DNA of 64,000 bases from Octopus sinensis (Eukaryota): NCBI RefSeq assembly GCF_006345805.1, contig NC_043002.1:1302001-1366000 (forward strand), in the 5' to 3' direction. The notes beneath the pieces are model-generated. The model made no database searches. It saw only the letters and a program-made list of their open reading frames with translations, and was not told the DNA's origin. A program made the translations under genes and the position numbers. This document shows, piece after piece, positions 51,211 through 64,000 of this stretch (position 1 is the stretch's first letter; the number at the start of each line of letters is the position of its first letter).

Positions 51211-52211
51211 TTTCCAGTCTCTTATTCGTGACCTCCTTTATGCAGATGACTGTGACTTAGTCACTCATACAGCGGATGATATGCAAATACTTCTGAATCA
51301 TATTTTTCCTTCTTGCATGGCATTTGGACTCAGCATTAGCATGGACAAGTCTGTTGTGATGTTCTAGCTGCACAAAAAAACCCATATGCGGAACCAGCTA
51401 TCTTGACTGAAGAAACAACACTGAAATTGGTAGATAAGTTTGTCCACCTGGGCAGCAAACCTAAGGTTGCAGAGAGAAATTGATTCCTTCATGTCTCTTG
51501 ACTCTCGTTTCCGGTCCCAACATGGCATCACAAAGCGAACAAAAATTGCTGTGCACCGTGCATATGTATTGACATGCTCCTTTACTAATGTCAGGCATGG
51601 ACCCTTTTCAAAGGTCATGTAAAGATTCTTTGAACGCTTCCATCAGATATGTCAGAGATACATTCTGAATGTTGGCTGGACCATAAAACCTCCAGATACA
51701 CTGATCCTGAGGAAAGCCGATATCGTGAGTATTGAGGCGAAGGTTACATTGTACTGGGCACCTTAGAATGAATGCTAGCAGGATCCCTAAACAGATGCTA
51801 TATAGGGAACTTGTTAGTAGAAAGAGACACCGGCAGGAGCCAAGACTGCGATTTAAAGACTGTATGAAGTCCTCATTAAAGGCCTGTGGAATGCGGTGGA
51901 CTGACTGGGAGAGTAATGCTTGTCATCGCCACGGATGGAGGAAACAGGTAAAGGAAGGAGTCGATACCTTTGAAAGAGTACGTATTCTTCATGAAGAAAT
52001 TAAGCGTGCTGCTCGAAAACGTGCTGCTAGTGTAATGAATGAGTAAAGTTTGGTCTGCAATGTTTGCAGTCGTGTATGTTTGTCAAGAGCAGGACTCGTT
52101 GGTCACCAAAGGAACCTCAAGTGTAAAGTATGGGGTATTCTTGAGCGCACAATGTTTTTACCGGTCAGTAATGGTTTTCCTCGGCCACTAGTGGACGGCT
52201 TTCATCATCAT
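51211..52211 (+). mobile_element. 5'-truncated RTE LINE
   Basis: DLLYADD, FGLSIS..K, RIPKQMLY.EL..KR, RFKD.MK..LK and terminal C..C..HQR; (CAT)n tail. Confidence 0.9.
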
Positions 52212-52600
52212 GCGTGTATACATGCATACAAACGCACAGAACCCCTTTTAGTAACACAAACGTTGAAAAGTTATTAATATCAAAGTATAATTTCTTGAGC
52301 TGTTGAAATCATTTATGAATCTACTCTAATCTTTTAATCTTCACCGGAATTGGAAAACTGTGATTATGTTTTCCATGAGGTAGAACAATAAATTTACTAC
52401 GTTTAGTCAGTTCGATGTTGTTGTGATTTTTGAAGTAGAGATGTTATTCGATTTTGTCTAAAACAGACTCAATGATTTAATTCTACCTCATTCTTATAAA
52501 TTATTTATTTCAACCCAAATATCTTTGTTACTACTGTTACAAACGTTTCGTTATGTTTTACTGTATATTTCGAGCCAGTGTCGTTAACAAACAATTGTTC

Positions 52601-52825
52601 TTACTCTCTTTTACTCTTTTACTTGTTTCAGTCATTTGATTGCGGCCATGCTGGAGCACCGCCTTTAGTCGAGCAAATCGACCCCTGGACTTATTCTTTG
52701 TAAGCCCAGTACTTATTCTATCGGACTGTTTTGCCGAACCGCTAAGTGACGGGGACGTAAACACAACAGCATCGGTTGTCAAGCAATGCTAGGGGGACAA
52801 ACACAGGCACACAAACACACACACA

Positions 52826-52856
<31 letters not shown>

Positions 52857-52871
52857 ACCACACACACACAT

Positions 52872-52906
<35 letters not shown>

Positions 52907-53077
52907 CATATATACGACAGGCTTCTTTCAGTTTCCGTCTACCAAATCCACTCACAAGGCATTGGTCGGCCCGGGGCTATAGCAGAAGACACCTGCCCAA
53001 GATGCCACGCAGTGGGACTGAACCCGGAACCATGTGGTTGGTTAGCACGCTACTTACTACACAGCCACTCCTGCGCC
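52601..53077 (-). mobile_element. tRNA-derived SINE family 2, full length
   Basis: Head ggcgcaggagtggctgtgtagt..gggttcagtccc (A/B boxes), internal (TG)n, (AAAGAGTA)n-type tail. Confidence 0.9.
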
Positions 53078-53859
53078 TAAAGATTTTAAATATTTTTAAT
53101 ATTCGGGGATAGTCTCCCTTATGCTCGGTTGTGCTGTTCCAATTGTTTTTGTTATGTGTCAAATACTGATGATCCTTTCTTTATGTTGCGCATATTTTGA
53201 AAACCCAGAATTTTGGTTATATATTTCTCTACCCGTTTTGTGAACATTTCCAGTGATTACCATCTGCTTCTACCGTTCAGCCTTTCCAACTATTCGCTAT
53301 GTACAGGCTGTCCTGATCATTTCTTTATCATGCTATTCCTCAGACCCATTTTCATCTCAGAGTTAAACATTTTCGCTTTTGTTGCTCTTGGATCAGTTTT
53401 TTTCTATCTGAAAAACATCTCATTTAAGGCTTTATCAAATACTAAATAGATTCGAAAATAGTGATAGTAATAACAGCTGTAGTAACGCTTACATCAACTG
53501 AAATACTGAGGCCGCTTCATATAGTCGTTGTATAAAGGCAAAAGGTTAAACAACGCAGAATAAATATTCCCTCATGTTAAGTAGTACAGCCTGGCTCCAA
53601 ATGAAAGAGGCAAATATTATGACACTATCTATTGTATATTTAAGGCGTAAAAACAGACACATCTTCAGATAAATATTTCTTTCCCAGTATTTGGGTCAAA
53701 GACTTACAAAAGGGACAATATGATAAATATAAAATAGCATAGATCCACAGTCTAATTGTGTTTTTGTATCGCTGCATATATGAATAATGAAAGCCTGGAT
53801 AACAATAGGTGATACGAAGTTGAGGTGAATGTAGGATGCTGGCACAAAAAGAATATAAG

Positions 53860-54995
53860 AAAAGACACGACAACCGAGGAAGTCGAGGCTTGATCCATTT
53901 TGAAATTTCTTACAAAAGGACTGGACGAATATCTTGAAACATCTAATGACTCTAAAACCTGTCAGCAGTCACTCGAAGCATAACAAGTTTCATTCTGTCA
54001 TGAAGGAGAGCCAAACATTTGCTATTGAGTTTATGCCTGACATCCAGCCTGAACAGCAGGAGGAAAGGTAAAATCAATGTCAAGGAAAAGATTGCATGAA
54101 CAATTGGTTGACTGCTGGTAGCTGAAAGCCATGCATGACAAATATGTGACCCGGAGCAAAGAATCTGATGTTCACCAGAAGCGCACCCAGCAGTGGTTAC
54201 GGAGCTTGGGGATAAAGGTAGAGAGCGAAGGCTTTATCTTGGCTGCTTAAGATCTACGAAGCCAATGTGATGAGGGATGGAGTAGACTCAAAGTGCTGAT
54301 TCTGCAACGATGAGATTGAAATAGTGGACCACTTAATCTTTGGATGTAAAGTTTTAGGATCAGTGGAATATGACCAGTGGACATGAAAGAGTTGACCAAT
54401 ATCTAGACTGGTTAATATATAGGCACTATTAAATCAAAACTGCTGACAAATGGCATAAGAACAATCCCGAGACTGTGAGGGAGAAAATGTAACGATATTT
54501 TGGGACACTCTAGGACATACAGACAGGACCATCAAAGCTAATAAACCAGATATTGTTGTGAAAGACGAAAACAATAAAATCCGTTTATTTCTTGACATGA
54601 GCATACCTTGTGATTATAATAGGATTGTAGGAGAAGTTGGAATGATCAAAAAAGGAACTGAAAATTATCTGAGAATGATCCCTGGCTTATTTTCCACGCA
54701 AGAAGTGCAAAAGATTGTTTTAACTTGTAATTCACACGCATTGTGAAGAACATGGCTGATGTGCGAACAATTACAACCCATGTAATTTTTTTTTTTATTC
54801 TTTTCTTTTTTTCTTTTTTCGTTTTCACTTTTTCTTTTCTTCTTTCTTCTTTTTCTTTCACGTGACTCGTTTTGTAAATGTAAAGTCTGCTATGTTTATT
54901 TTAATGGCCTATCGATGTATACAGCGAGGTTTCGGTGCGCTAGGTTTCGGGAAATGGAAACAAAATTGAAAAAAGAGAATCTGAATAATAATAAT
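53860..54995 (+). mobile_element. degraded R4/Dong-like 3' fragment (lineage B)
   Basis: Collinear with 22060-23140; ends in ataataataat. Confidence 0.85.
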
Positions 54996-55414
54996 CGTTT
55001 CCCTGTTGGCTACAAAAATGGTTTTGCGCTTGTTAGGATATAAATATTCAATCGCAGAGAATGCCCGAGAAAGGATATCCGAAGTTCCTGTCCACCTTGC
55101 CCTCTAAAGGGGTAAACTCTACTGACTGCCTTAACAACAATAGGAATTTAGGGAGTAAAGAGAAGAATAATTCCTGTAAATATAGATGGATGAGTAATGA
55201 CCAAATGCTAAAAGACAATGGCTAACCAATTCTGTATGAGCGAGTCTGGCAGGTCCCGAGTCCGTGTTACGAGGAATGTTGATTTAATACAGAATACAAA
55301 ACTAAAACACTTCACGTGACCAAAGCACGTGACAAAGATCTGCTTCGCTTTTGCGGCGAAAACAGGCAACGGAAATAAGATCACTGAATAATAATAACCA
55401 ATATAATAATAATA

Positions 55415-55608
55415 ATTGTTTCAAATTTTGCCACAAGGCTGCACTTTTGGAGGAGGGGATGAGTCGATTACATCGACCACAGGGTTCAAATGGTACCTAT
55501 TCTATCGATTCGGAAGTGATGAAAGGCAAAGTCGACCTCGGTGGAATTTGAACTCCGAACATAAAAACAGACGAAATGTTGCTAAGCATTTTGCCTAGCG
55601 TGCTAGAA
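55415..55608 (-). mobile_element. diverged SINE family 1
   Basis: gatgaaaggcaaagtcgacctcggtggaatttgaactc core. Confidence 0.75.
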
Positions 55609-55627
55609 ATTTTATCATCACACCACG

Positions 55628-55676
55628 TTAATAATGATAATAATAATAATAATGATGATGATGATGATGATGATGA

Positions 55677-55741
<65 letters not shown>

Positions 55742-55758
55742 ATAATAATAATAATGAT
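55628..55758. repeat. (TAA)(TGA)(CTA)(TAA) compound trinucleotide repeat
   Basis: Directly visible. Confidence 0.95.
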
Positions 55759-56505
55759 GAACAATCGGCGATCTCCTGCATATGGATGATCTAAAAGTTT
55801 ACGCTACAAAAGATAAACAGCTGGAAACATTAATGATAATGAGCTGGTAAAGGTTTCTGATTGCATATCAAATTGTATTAAGAGATCAATGAAAAACCGG
55901 AATACAGAGTTAACTGCATGTGGAAAATTTTTGGCGAGGGTTAACATCAACTTAGGTATATTTCAAGGAGACATCCTATCACCGTTGCTGTTTGTGATTT
56001 CTATGATACCCCTTCACACAGATACTGCAGTGACATCAGGTCGGGGTACACGTTGAAAAATTAAATCATCTGATATATATATATGGATGACTTAACGATC
56101 TTTGGGAGGACTGAACGTGAAATAAATGGCCTGGTTTCAACAGTGCAGATATTCAGTAAGGATATCGGAATGGAATTTGGGACTAAAATGTGTGGTATGC
56201 TTATAATACAAAGAGGCAAAGTAGTGTCGTCTGATGGTGTAGAGCTACTCAACTACGAGAAAATCAAAACTATTGAGACAAATGGATATAAATATCTGGG
56301 GCTTTTGGAATACGACAAAACCAAGGAAAGTGAAATGAAGGAAAGCCTTAGACGAGACTATCACAGAAGAACTATATTAAGAATGGCAAGTAGAAAAAAC
56401 AAGATCAGGGCAATGAAAACATGAGCTAATTCCTTAATGCGATAGGGCGCAGATGTAAGGTGGACAAAGAATGAACTTGAGGAAATGGACAGAGTCCTCT
56501 GAGAA
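55759..56505 (+). mobile_element. two juxtaposed R4/Dong-like RT fragments
   Basis: MDDLKVYA (about 55780), then GIFQGD.LSPLLF, YMDDL.IFG, DIGMEFG and YKYLG. Confidence 0.82.
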
Positions 56506-57480
56506 GTAAAACAACAACAACAACAACAACAATAATAATAATAACAACAACAACAATAAAGATGTGGAAGGTGAAAATTATGATGATGATTATGCTGCTG
56601 CTGATGGTGATGTATTGACATGTTTTATTATCGACATTATTTGAAAAGAAACAAAAGATCTGTGTTAAGAATGTTTTACTGAAGGCAAAAACTGATTAAA
56701 GCAATTCATCTTCGCATTTAATCATAACATTTCCAATGAAGTAAGAACAAAATTAAAACGATTTATAGAAGTTGGAGAAAAGTTCAAAAATGTTTTCGTG
56801 TATCAAAAGCTTTTCGTATCTCTTTTAATGGTCCAGTTATCATGCAAATGCTCAGAGTTCATTTGACTCTTTTAATGATAAATCTATTTTAAACTTTATA
56901 ATTCTTTCTATAATATCAAATTTGCAAAAGAATCTATTATCGCTTTTGCTTGATATTCCACGATTACAAAGTAAGGTACAATTTTCACACTATTTCATCG
57001 TGTGAATATCAATTGATTGCATTCCACTTTGATGGTTCTCAGATTGAAATTGATCTGGAACTCAAGATTGAAATTAAAGTACACTCTATTAAAGGTGACT
57101 TGGCTCGATGAATATTCTAGAACTTCCTAGTTTAGAGGTTAGAGAGCTTAAATCCACCCTTTTAACTTCTTTTACATTTTTACATCTCAAGGTGTGTGGA
57201 ATACAAAATTCTAATAACCTAGACGTGTCCAAATATACAATTCTAAGTGATCTTTCGTATTTAAATGGAAATATGGAGAAGTTCCAATGTAATCTTCGAT
57301 TAGACTACAAGCGCCTCCTTCCATGTGCGTTGCGGTTTTTCATGCTTTTACAACTTTGTTAATATTTTTATGTATTTTCTACCCAATTAATTTGACTAAA
57401 AATCTAATTAAACATTATAATATTATTACGGCATACAATACACTCTATACAACATATATAAGAGACGTGTCAAATATATA

Positions 57481-57710
57481 TTTCTTTACTGCCCTCAAGG
57501 GGCTAAACATAGAGGGGACAAACAAGGGCAGACAAAGGGATTAAGTCGATTACATCGACCCAGTGCGAAACTGGTACTTTATTTATCGACTCCGAGAGGA
57601 TGAAAGGCAAAGTCGACCTCGGCGGAATTTGAACTCAGAACGTAACGGCAGACGAAATACGGCTACGCATTTCGCCCGGAGTGCTAACGATTCTGCCAGC
57701 TCGCCGCCTT
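57481..57710 (-). mobile_element. SINE family 1, full length
   Basis: Close to the other copies; candidate TSD aaatatat at 57472-57479 and 57711-57718. Confidence 0.9.
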
Positions 57711-58615
57711 AAATATATGTACACACACACATAGTCATGCACGCACGCGCACACACATACACACACAAACATACGCACACACGTGTACACACATGCAAAA
57801 TAACAAAAACATTCACACATATGCACATTTATGAGCATAAAATTATGGAAATGTATAATGATTTTGATAATAAAATAAAAATGTTCGGTTTCTACTTCAA
57901 TTCAATAATTGTACAGATTAGGTTTTCGCATTTTATATATATTTTTTGGCTCATTTTAAAACCACGAAAAACAATAATTTTAATTTATCAAATAATTATA
58001 ATATCTATTATATTGAGAATTGTAAATAGTTTGTTTATGGTATGTTTATCAGTGATTGCGCTTTAGAGAAGAAAACAACATTACATAAATAAAACAAAAA
58101 TAGTTATAAAAGTTATTTTTATATACTCTGGAAATTAAACTAATATTTTGTTTGCAACAAATTATGTTATAATATTTTAATGTAGGTCAATCATGTTTTT
58201 CAAACAGATTTCTCATTAAAACGTTTGTATCGCACAATCCGCTATTAAATTAATTTGAAATATTCAATACCCAAACGATAATATCCACCACGTTTCTTTC
58301 TTTTTTTTCAGTATCAAATGTATAAGCAAAAATATTTGAAATAATATTGTCTTTATTAGTCCAGTTACAAAATATAATTTTGCCAATACTAACTGCTATT
58401 AATATCGATTGTAAAACATACAAAAATAACAAACAAGTTTATAGAAAGTAAAGCGTAATCTCGGAAAGCTCTTTCCACTATAGTTTACAAAAAGAAAAAA
58501 AAAATAGAAGTCTGATTTCATGCTGTAAATGATGTTTGTTCAGGATAAAAAGCAAATATTTAAATACACTACACTTTTTTCCTAAATATAAAATATATGT
58601 TTTTTATTTGAATAA

Positions 58616-60845
58616 CACTGGTCAACACATATTTTGCATCAAGCATATGCCGAGGTATACTCAGTGTAGTTTTTAATGCGGATTTCAAATATAGTCTTTT
58701 GGTTTTAGCTCATGCATTATATAGAAATGCCAATCAATGACTTGTGTGCATGTATTTCATTCACATCATAGAAACGTACCTTTAAAATAAACTACATCAT
58801 TCCTTGCTGCATAGTTCAGATGCAACATTTCATCTTCTTAAATTAACCAATCAAGTTTTGTCTGATGAAATTAGTATTTCAACATCTGGAAGTGTCCAGT
58901 CATAATTAATCTGATGAAATATTTGATCGTATCTATTTCCTGACTGGTTTTTCAGTGTTAACAATGTCAAAACAGTGTAGAAATCATCCTGATGCGTTTT
59001 GTTATGCCTATGAAAAATTTATTGTAAAAGCTCAAAAGTATACAATAACACCAAAGATCAAAATTTATAAGCTATACTTTGACTGACCCCTTGGAGATCA
59101 GGACAAGTTATGGGCACCACATTTTATCTGCTCAGCTTGCTCAAATGGCTGACGTGACTGGTTCAATAAGAAGAAGTCCATGCCTTTAGCCATTCCAATG
59201 ATAATGTGGGAGCCGAAATACCATTTTAATGACTGTTACTTTTGCAAAGTAAATGTCACAGGATTTTCTCTGAAGAATAAACACAAAATTGTGTATCCCA
59301 ATTTGGATTCTGCAATGAGAGCTGTGCCTCATAATGGAAGTCTGCCAATTCCAGTTCCACCAGATGATGGTATTGAAACATCAGATGATGATGCTGACAG
59401 TAACAAAAGTGCTGCTGAGGGAGATTATGTGGCTGATGACGATAGCTTTGAACCTCAGAAACTTTCTCAAACTGAACTGAATGACCTCGTCAGAGACCTA
59501 TCTCTCTCAAAAGATAAAGCAGAACTGTTGGCATCAAGACTGAAGGTGAAATATCTGCTAGAGCACGGTGTTCATATTAACTTATTTTCGGCAGAGAAAT
59601 GTGGTTTTACAAATGAGTTTTTCTGTTGAATGCCAGCTTTGCTTTCGTAGTAACATCGATGGATGTTTCAAATGTTTATCACAAAATCACAATCCTGGAG
59701 AGTGGCGTTTGTTCATTGACTCTTCAAAAGGAATTTTAAAAGCTGTACTTCTCCATTATGCTAATTTGAAGCCCTCCATTCCTATTGCACACTCCCTTCA
59801 TGAACCATATGAGAATATGGAACTTTTACTTCATGCCATTGCCTATGAAAGTTACTTATGGAAAATATGTGGAGATTTAAAGACATTGAAATGTTAATGG
59901 GAATGCAGCCAGGTTTTACAAAATACTGTTTTTTTCTCTGTGTATGGGATAGTTGGGCAACTGACAGACAAGAACATCATACCAGTCAGGGCTGTCTAGC
60001 GTCAAGAATACATCTCTTGTAGATCCATGTAATGTCCTATTGCCTCCTTTGCACAAAATTGATGAAACAGTTTGTAAAGACAGTTGGGAAGAGAACTGCC
60101 AAAGGGTTTGAGTTTATTGTAGAAAAGTTTGCCGAAAACACACAAAGTTGAAAGAGGGTACCTTTGTCGGACCTCAAATTAGAGAAATACTCAAAGATAT
60201 CAGCTTCAAGGAACTGGAACTTCCTGCTTGGAATTCTCTCAATTGGATCTGTGAGAATTTCTTGAGCAACAAGAAGGCAATGGACTACAAGAATGGCATC
60301 AAGAATCTTCTGAAATGTTACTCAGCAATGGGTTGTCGCATGTCCGTGAAAGTCCACGATTCCCATCTGAATTTCTTCGCAGATAACCTTGGAGCAGTGT
60401 CTGATGAACATGGTGGAGGATTTCACCAGGACATTAGTAGTGCTATGGAGAAACGGTGTCAAGGCTTCTGGAATGAGAGTGTGCTGGTTGACTACTACTG
60501 GACACTTTACCGTGATCAACCAGATCAGGAGCACCACGGGTAATCCAAATCACCATGATTCTAACTCTGTTTTGTCCGACCCATTTTATTTGTGCATTCA
60601 CTCTTTGTAGAATGACAAGTGATGATTTTTAACTCAATAAACTCGTTTAATTTCTAAAACTAATATGTCCTTATTTGTTACGTTAATGATTTCATATAAA
60701 TACAAATAAGTAAATAGTTGCATGCATCTGCTGAAAAACTCATACGTGCTGCATTCGAGCGGAGTGAAATTTTGAAATCAGCAGGAAACATTAGTCTAAA
60801 ATAGTTGGTTCGCTTTCCTAATACATTAAATTTTGTTGACCAGTG
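58616..60845 (+). mobile_element. full-length Chapaev3-type (CMC) DNA transposon
   Basis: Perfect 12-bp TIR CACTGGTCAACA / TGTTGACCAGTG with a 3-bp TAA TSD on both sides; contains a transposase pseudogene. Confidence 0.85.
58964..60543 (+). pseudogene. Chapaev3-like DDE transposase, multiple stops and frameshifts
   Basis: CRNHPDAFCY, GDQDK.WAPH, DCYFC, LNDLVRDL, WRLFIDSS, ICGDLK, LLPPLH, FVGPQIR and LGAVSDEHG..FHQDI. Confidence 0.82.
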
Positions 60846-61101
60846 TAATTGATGCAAAACAATAAAACTGGCATTCCAAACCTGAAGAGTTACTAAAGTT
60901 GTTATCGGATAATTTAGATATACTGCTTAATGTTTTGATGTGTGTGGTGAAGGCGCACATGGAATATTTAGAAGATACGTTAACCTGAGGAATCGAAGAA
61001 ATTTGCAAGATTAGTTAGTTAGTTAGTTAGTTAGTTAATTTGGCTCAAAAGCAAATAGCAAGGCCATGTAGGGGGACATGGAGTTAAGTACAGGGTGGTG
61101 T

Positions 61102-61774
61102 TCATGTAAAGAGTTCAGGCCACTTGAGGTCCAGGGAGGCTTTGAACAAAGCGGTCGTCGGCATCTTCACCATCTCATCTGGCAGCTTGTTCCACGGATC
61201 CGCAACCCGGACGGAGAAAGCTCCTCTCCTTCGATTGAGATGAAATCGTCGCAGGTAGAGCTTTTCGGAATGACCCCGCAGCCGACGCTCTGGAGCAGGA
61301 GTGAAGAACAGCTCTTTCGAGAGGTTACACTTGCCGCTTATGATGTGGGCGAGAATGAGATCACCACGGCGGCGGCGTTTTTCAAGAGAATAAAGGTCGA
61401 GCGTCCTCAGCCTTTCTTCGTAGGACAAATTTTTGAGACCATGAACCATGCGGGTAGCCAGCCTCTGGACTCTTTCGAGGTGCTGTATGTCTTTGAGGAG
61501 ATAAGGAGAAGAGGCTTGAATCCCATACTCCAATATGGGTCTCACCAGCGTGACATAGAGTGGCAGGAATATGGCTGCTGTGAGCATTCCGAATGACCGT
61601 CGAATCAAAAACAGAATTCCGCGCGCTTTGTTGGCATCATGGACGCACTGGGCCGAAGGCGAAAAGGAGGAATCCACCAAGATACCCAGGTCCTTTACCT
61701 GATCGGTCCTCTCCAGCAGCAGACGACCCGGCTCGAAATCAAGTTGAGTTGCAGGAGTAGAGCCGACAGGCAGA
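61102..61774 (-). CDS. LINE ORF2 C-terminal part (second frame)
   Basis: KDLGI.VD, LVRPILEY, LERVQR.ATR, SYEERL..L, RRRRGDL, RLRGH and WNKLP. Confidence 0.85.
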
Positions 61775-63770
61775 TGACACGTTCAGACACAGGTCCCAAT
61801 CGTTAGACCACTTCCAAATTTGGTGGAGGCATCGACGAAGATCCTCTATACTACCGCGAGGAGCGACCAGTTTGATATCGTCGGCAAATAGAAGGGTGTG
61901 TTGCGTGAGGTCGTCGGGCAAGTCATTTATGAAGACTAAGAACAACAAGGGCCCAAGCACTGAACCTTGAGGCACGCCACTGCTCGCACTGGAGACGTCG
62001 GACCGCGAACCATTAACTTGAACTTGGAAGGAGCGATCTGAGAGGAAGGCACCAACCCATCGTACAATATCCGGATGGAAACTATATGCTTGAAGCTTGA
62101 CATGTAGTAGGCGGTGGTTTACCGAGTCAAAAGCTTTGGCAAAGTCCAATAAAACGATGTCAACAGCATCACTATCATCGAGGATGCGCGTCACCAATTC
62201 TTCCATTACTAGTAAGTTGGTCAAGCATGATCTCTTCGGCACGAAGCCGTGTTGGGAATCAGTGATCGAGGCTGTGTTTAGGAGGTGGAGCATCATACTT
62301 TTCTTAAGGATGGTTTCGAACATCTTGCTGATTATTGATGTAAGGGAAACCGGTCGGTAGTTAAGCGGGTCTTCGCGGCTCCCTTTCTTGAAAATTGGGC
62401 AGATTATCGCTGTTCTCCAGTCTGCAGGTATAACACCCGTCGCCAATGACATATTGAATAGTCGTGTTAAGGGCTCGCAGATGACCGGAGCCAACGCTTT
62501 GATAACCCGTGGGTGTATGCCGTCAGGGCCGTGACCCTTGTTGACATCGAGGCCTTGAATAACACGTTTGACTTGGTCCCGCGTGATGATCAATCGAAGC
62601 ATTGGAGGTACCGATCTATCAAATGGAGGGGGTTCACGACCATCAACTTGTTTGAAAATAGTTGAAAAAGCCTCGACAAATAATTGACTCTGTTGATAAG
62701 GGTCCTCAATCGATACGCCTGTTGAGTCTACCAACGTTGCAATCTGGTTGTTCAAGCGGGAATTCCGCTGGACATGGGCAAAGAAGGTTTTTGGATTGCT
62801 ACTGGCATTTGCCGCGATTTTGTATTCATAACTGAAGCGTTCTTTCTTTTCAATTTTCACGGCTCGGTCTCGTTGAGTTTTGTACACCTCAAAAGCTGCA
62901 GTCGAATCCAGATTTTTGAATTCAGCCCAAGCAATATCTCTGAGTCGACGTTCTCGTTTAACCTTCTTCGTCACCCAGGGCTTGTGTTTCTTCCTCTTGG
63001 GAAGTCCAACGGGAACTGCCTGGTCAGTCAAACAGATTACATATGCTTTGAGGGATGACCATAGTTCGTCAACTGAGGACAACGTCATCAGGGAACGCCA
63101 GTCCAGAAGCGCGGAAGCCTCGGTTAGAATTTCAAGATTAATTGCAGAGAAGACTCGACGTGGCAGCGAAGTAATCGTGGGCGTGGAAAAAGTTGTGTGC
63201 ATGACGAACTTCAGGACCGCATGATCACTCTTGGCAAGAGGGACGCACATAGATACGTCTGACACTGATCTTGGATAGCGGGAGAATACCAGATCTAGCA
63301 TAGATGGCTGCTGCCCAGACCGATGCCTTGTCGGATATTCAACATGTTGCGATAGAAAACAATCTTCAGCCACGTCAAGAAGGGCCTGGCCGAACCGGGA
63401 AGATGTTGTACAAATTGATGCGGGCCAATCGATCATGGGAGCGTTGAAGTCGCCTAGCACCAAGCAGTCATGCGAAGCTGAAACGAATCTTATCGCCTCG
63501 AGTAGATGAGCATCGTCCTGGGGGTCGGCTAGAGGCGGCCTGTAGACAGCCAACACGGGCAGGCAAAACTCAGATAGGCTCAGCTTGCAATAGACGGCAT
63601 CGAATTTGGTTGTAGGTTGAGCATTTGTGGGTAGAATACCGCAGGACGGTTTGTGCTCAGACTTAACATACACAGCAACACCTCCACCTCGCCTTTTTCC
63701 TCTGTCACATCCGAAAAGGACGTAGCCCTGCAGGTGGATCTCTGAATCCTTTACTGCTGGAGTCAGCCAA
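61739..63770 (-). CDS. LINE ORF2: APE endonuclease + reverse transcriptase (open from the truncation point to a frameshift near 61775)
   Basis: GGGVAVYV, YRPP, GDFN, LDLV and SDH; GPDGI, YRPVSLTS, QHGF, DFAKAFDSV, GVPQGSVLGPLLF and FADD. Confidence 0.9.
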
Positions 63771-63798
63771 ATTATTATTATTATTATTATTATTATTA

Positions 63799-63846
<48 letters not shown>
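63771..63846. repeat. (ATT)n microsatellite
   Basis: Directly visible. Confidence 0.95.
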
Positions 63847-64000
63847 CATATAAGTGTTAATAGATAGTTATAGCGTATGCAACACACATATACACACATA
63901 TGTGTTTATGTGTGAGCTTGTTTCAGATATTATCATGTAAAATACAGAAATTCGAAAATAATAGCCCATAATATATCACTGAGAATTTTGCAAATTCAAA

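Larger units (their letters stand above)
50660..52450. repeat. pair of about 200-bp inverted repeats (50660-50870 / 52218-52450) around (TATG)n and an RTE fragment
   Basis: e.g. aaatttattgttctacctcatgg / ccatgaggtagaacaataaattt and tagattcataaatgatt / aatcatttatgaatcta. Confidence 0.85.
61010..63770 (-). mobile_element. young CR1-type LINE, 5' truncated within the endonuclease
   Basis: GC-richer block encoding APE + RT; (TAAC)n tail at 61010-61037; 5' end abuts (TAA)n. Confidence 0.95.

Noticed and set aside
61078-63224. Plus-strand ORFs over the CR1
   Set aside because: Antisense shadows of ORF2.

Overview
AT-rich, repeat-saturated animal genomic DNA, probably intergenic or intronic. The two abundant tRNA-derived SINE families resemble those I associate with octopod cephalopods; this is recognition from memory, not a database result. 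No host protein-coding gene can be supported, and most predicted ORFs are microsatellite translations or transposon fragments. The window is a layered TE landscape. Non-LTR elements: at least four R4/Dong-like (RT + restriction-like endonuclease) lineages, mostly sitting in (TAA)n tracts; a young CR1-type LINE (61010-63770); older CR1, RTE and CRE-like fragments; two Penelope-like (GIY-YIG) elements. DNA transposons: a full-length Chapaev3-type element with TIRs and a TAA TSD (58616-60845), plus hAT/Charlie and mariner remnants. The most interesting signal is non-coding: at least six minimal type-I hammerhead ribozyme motifs in Penelope-type terminal repeats. One has a swapped G3:C8 core (GUGAACA) inside a 276-bp fold-back. 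Another family combines a tRNA-like Pol III head, a (TAA)n tract and a hammerhead in one terminal repeat.
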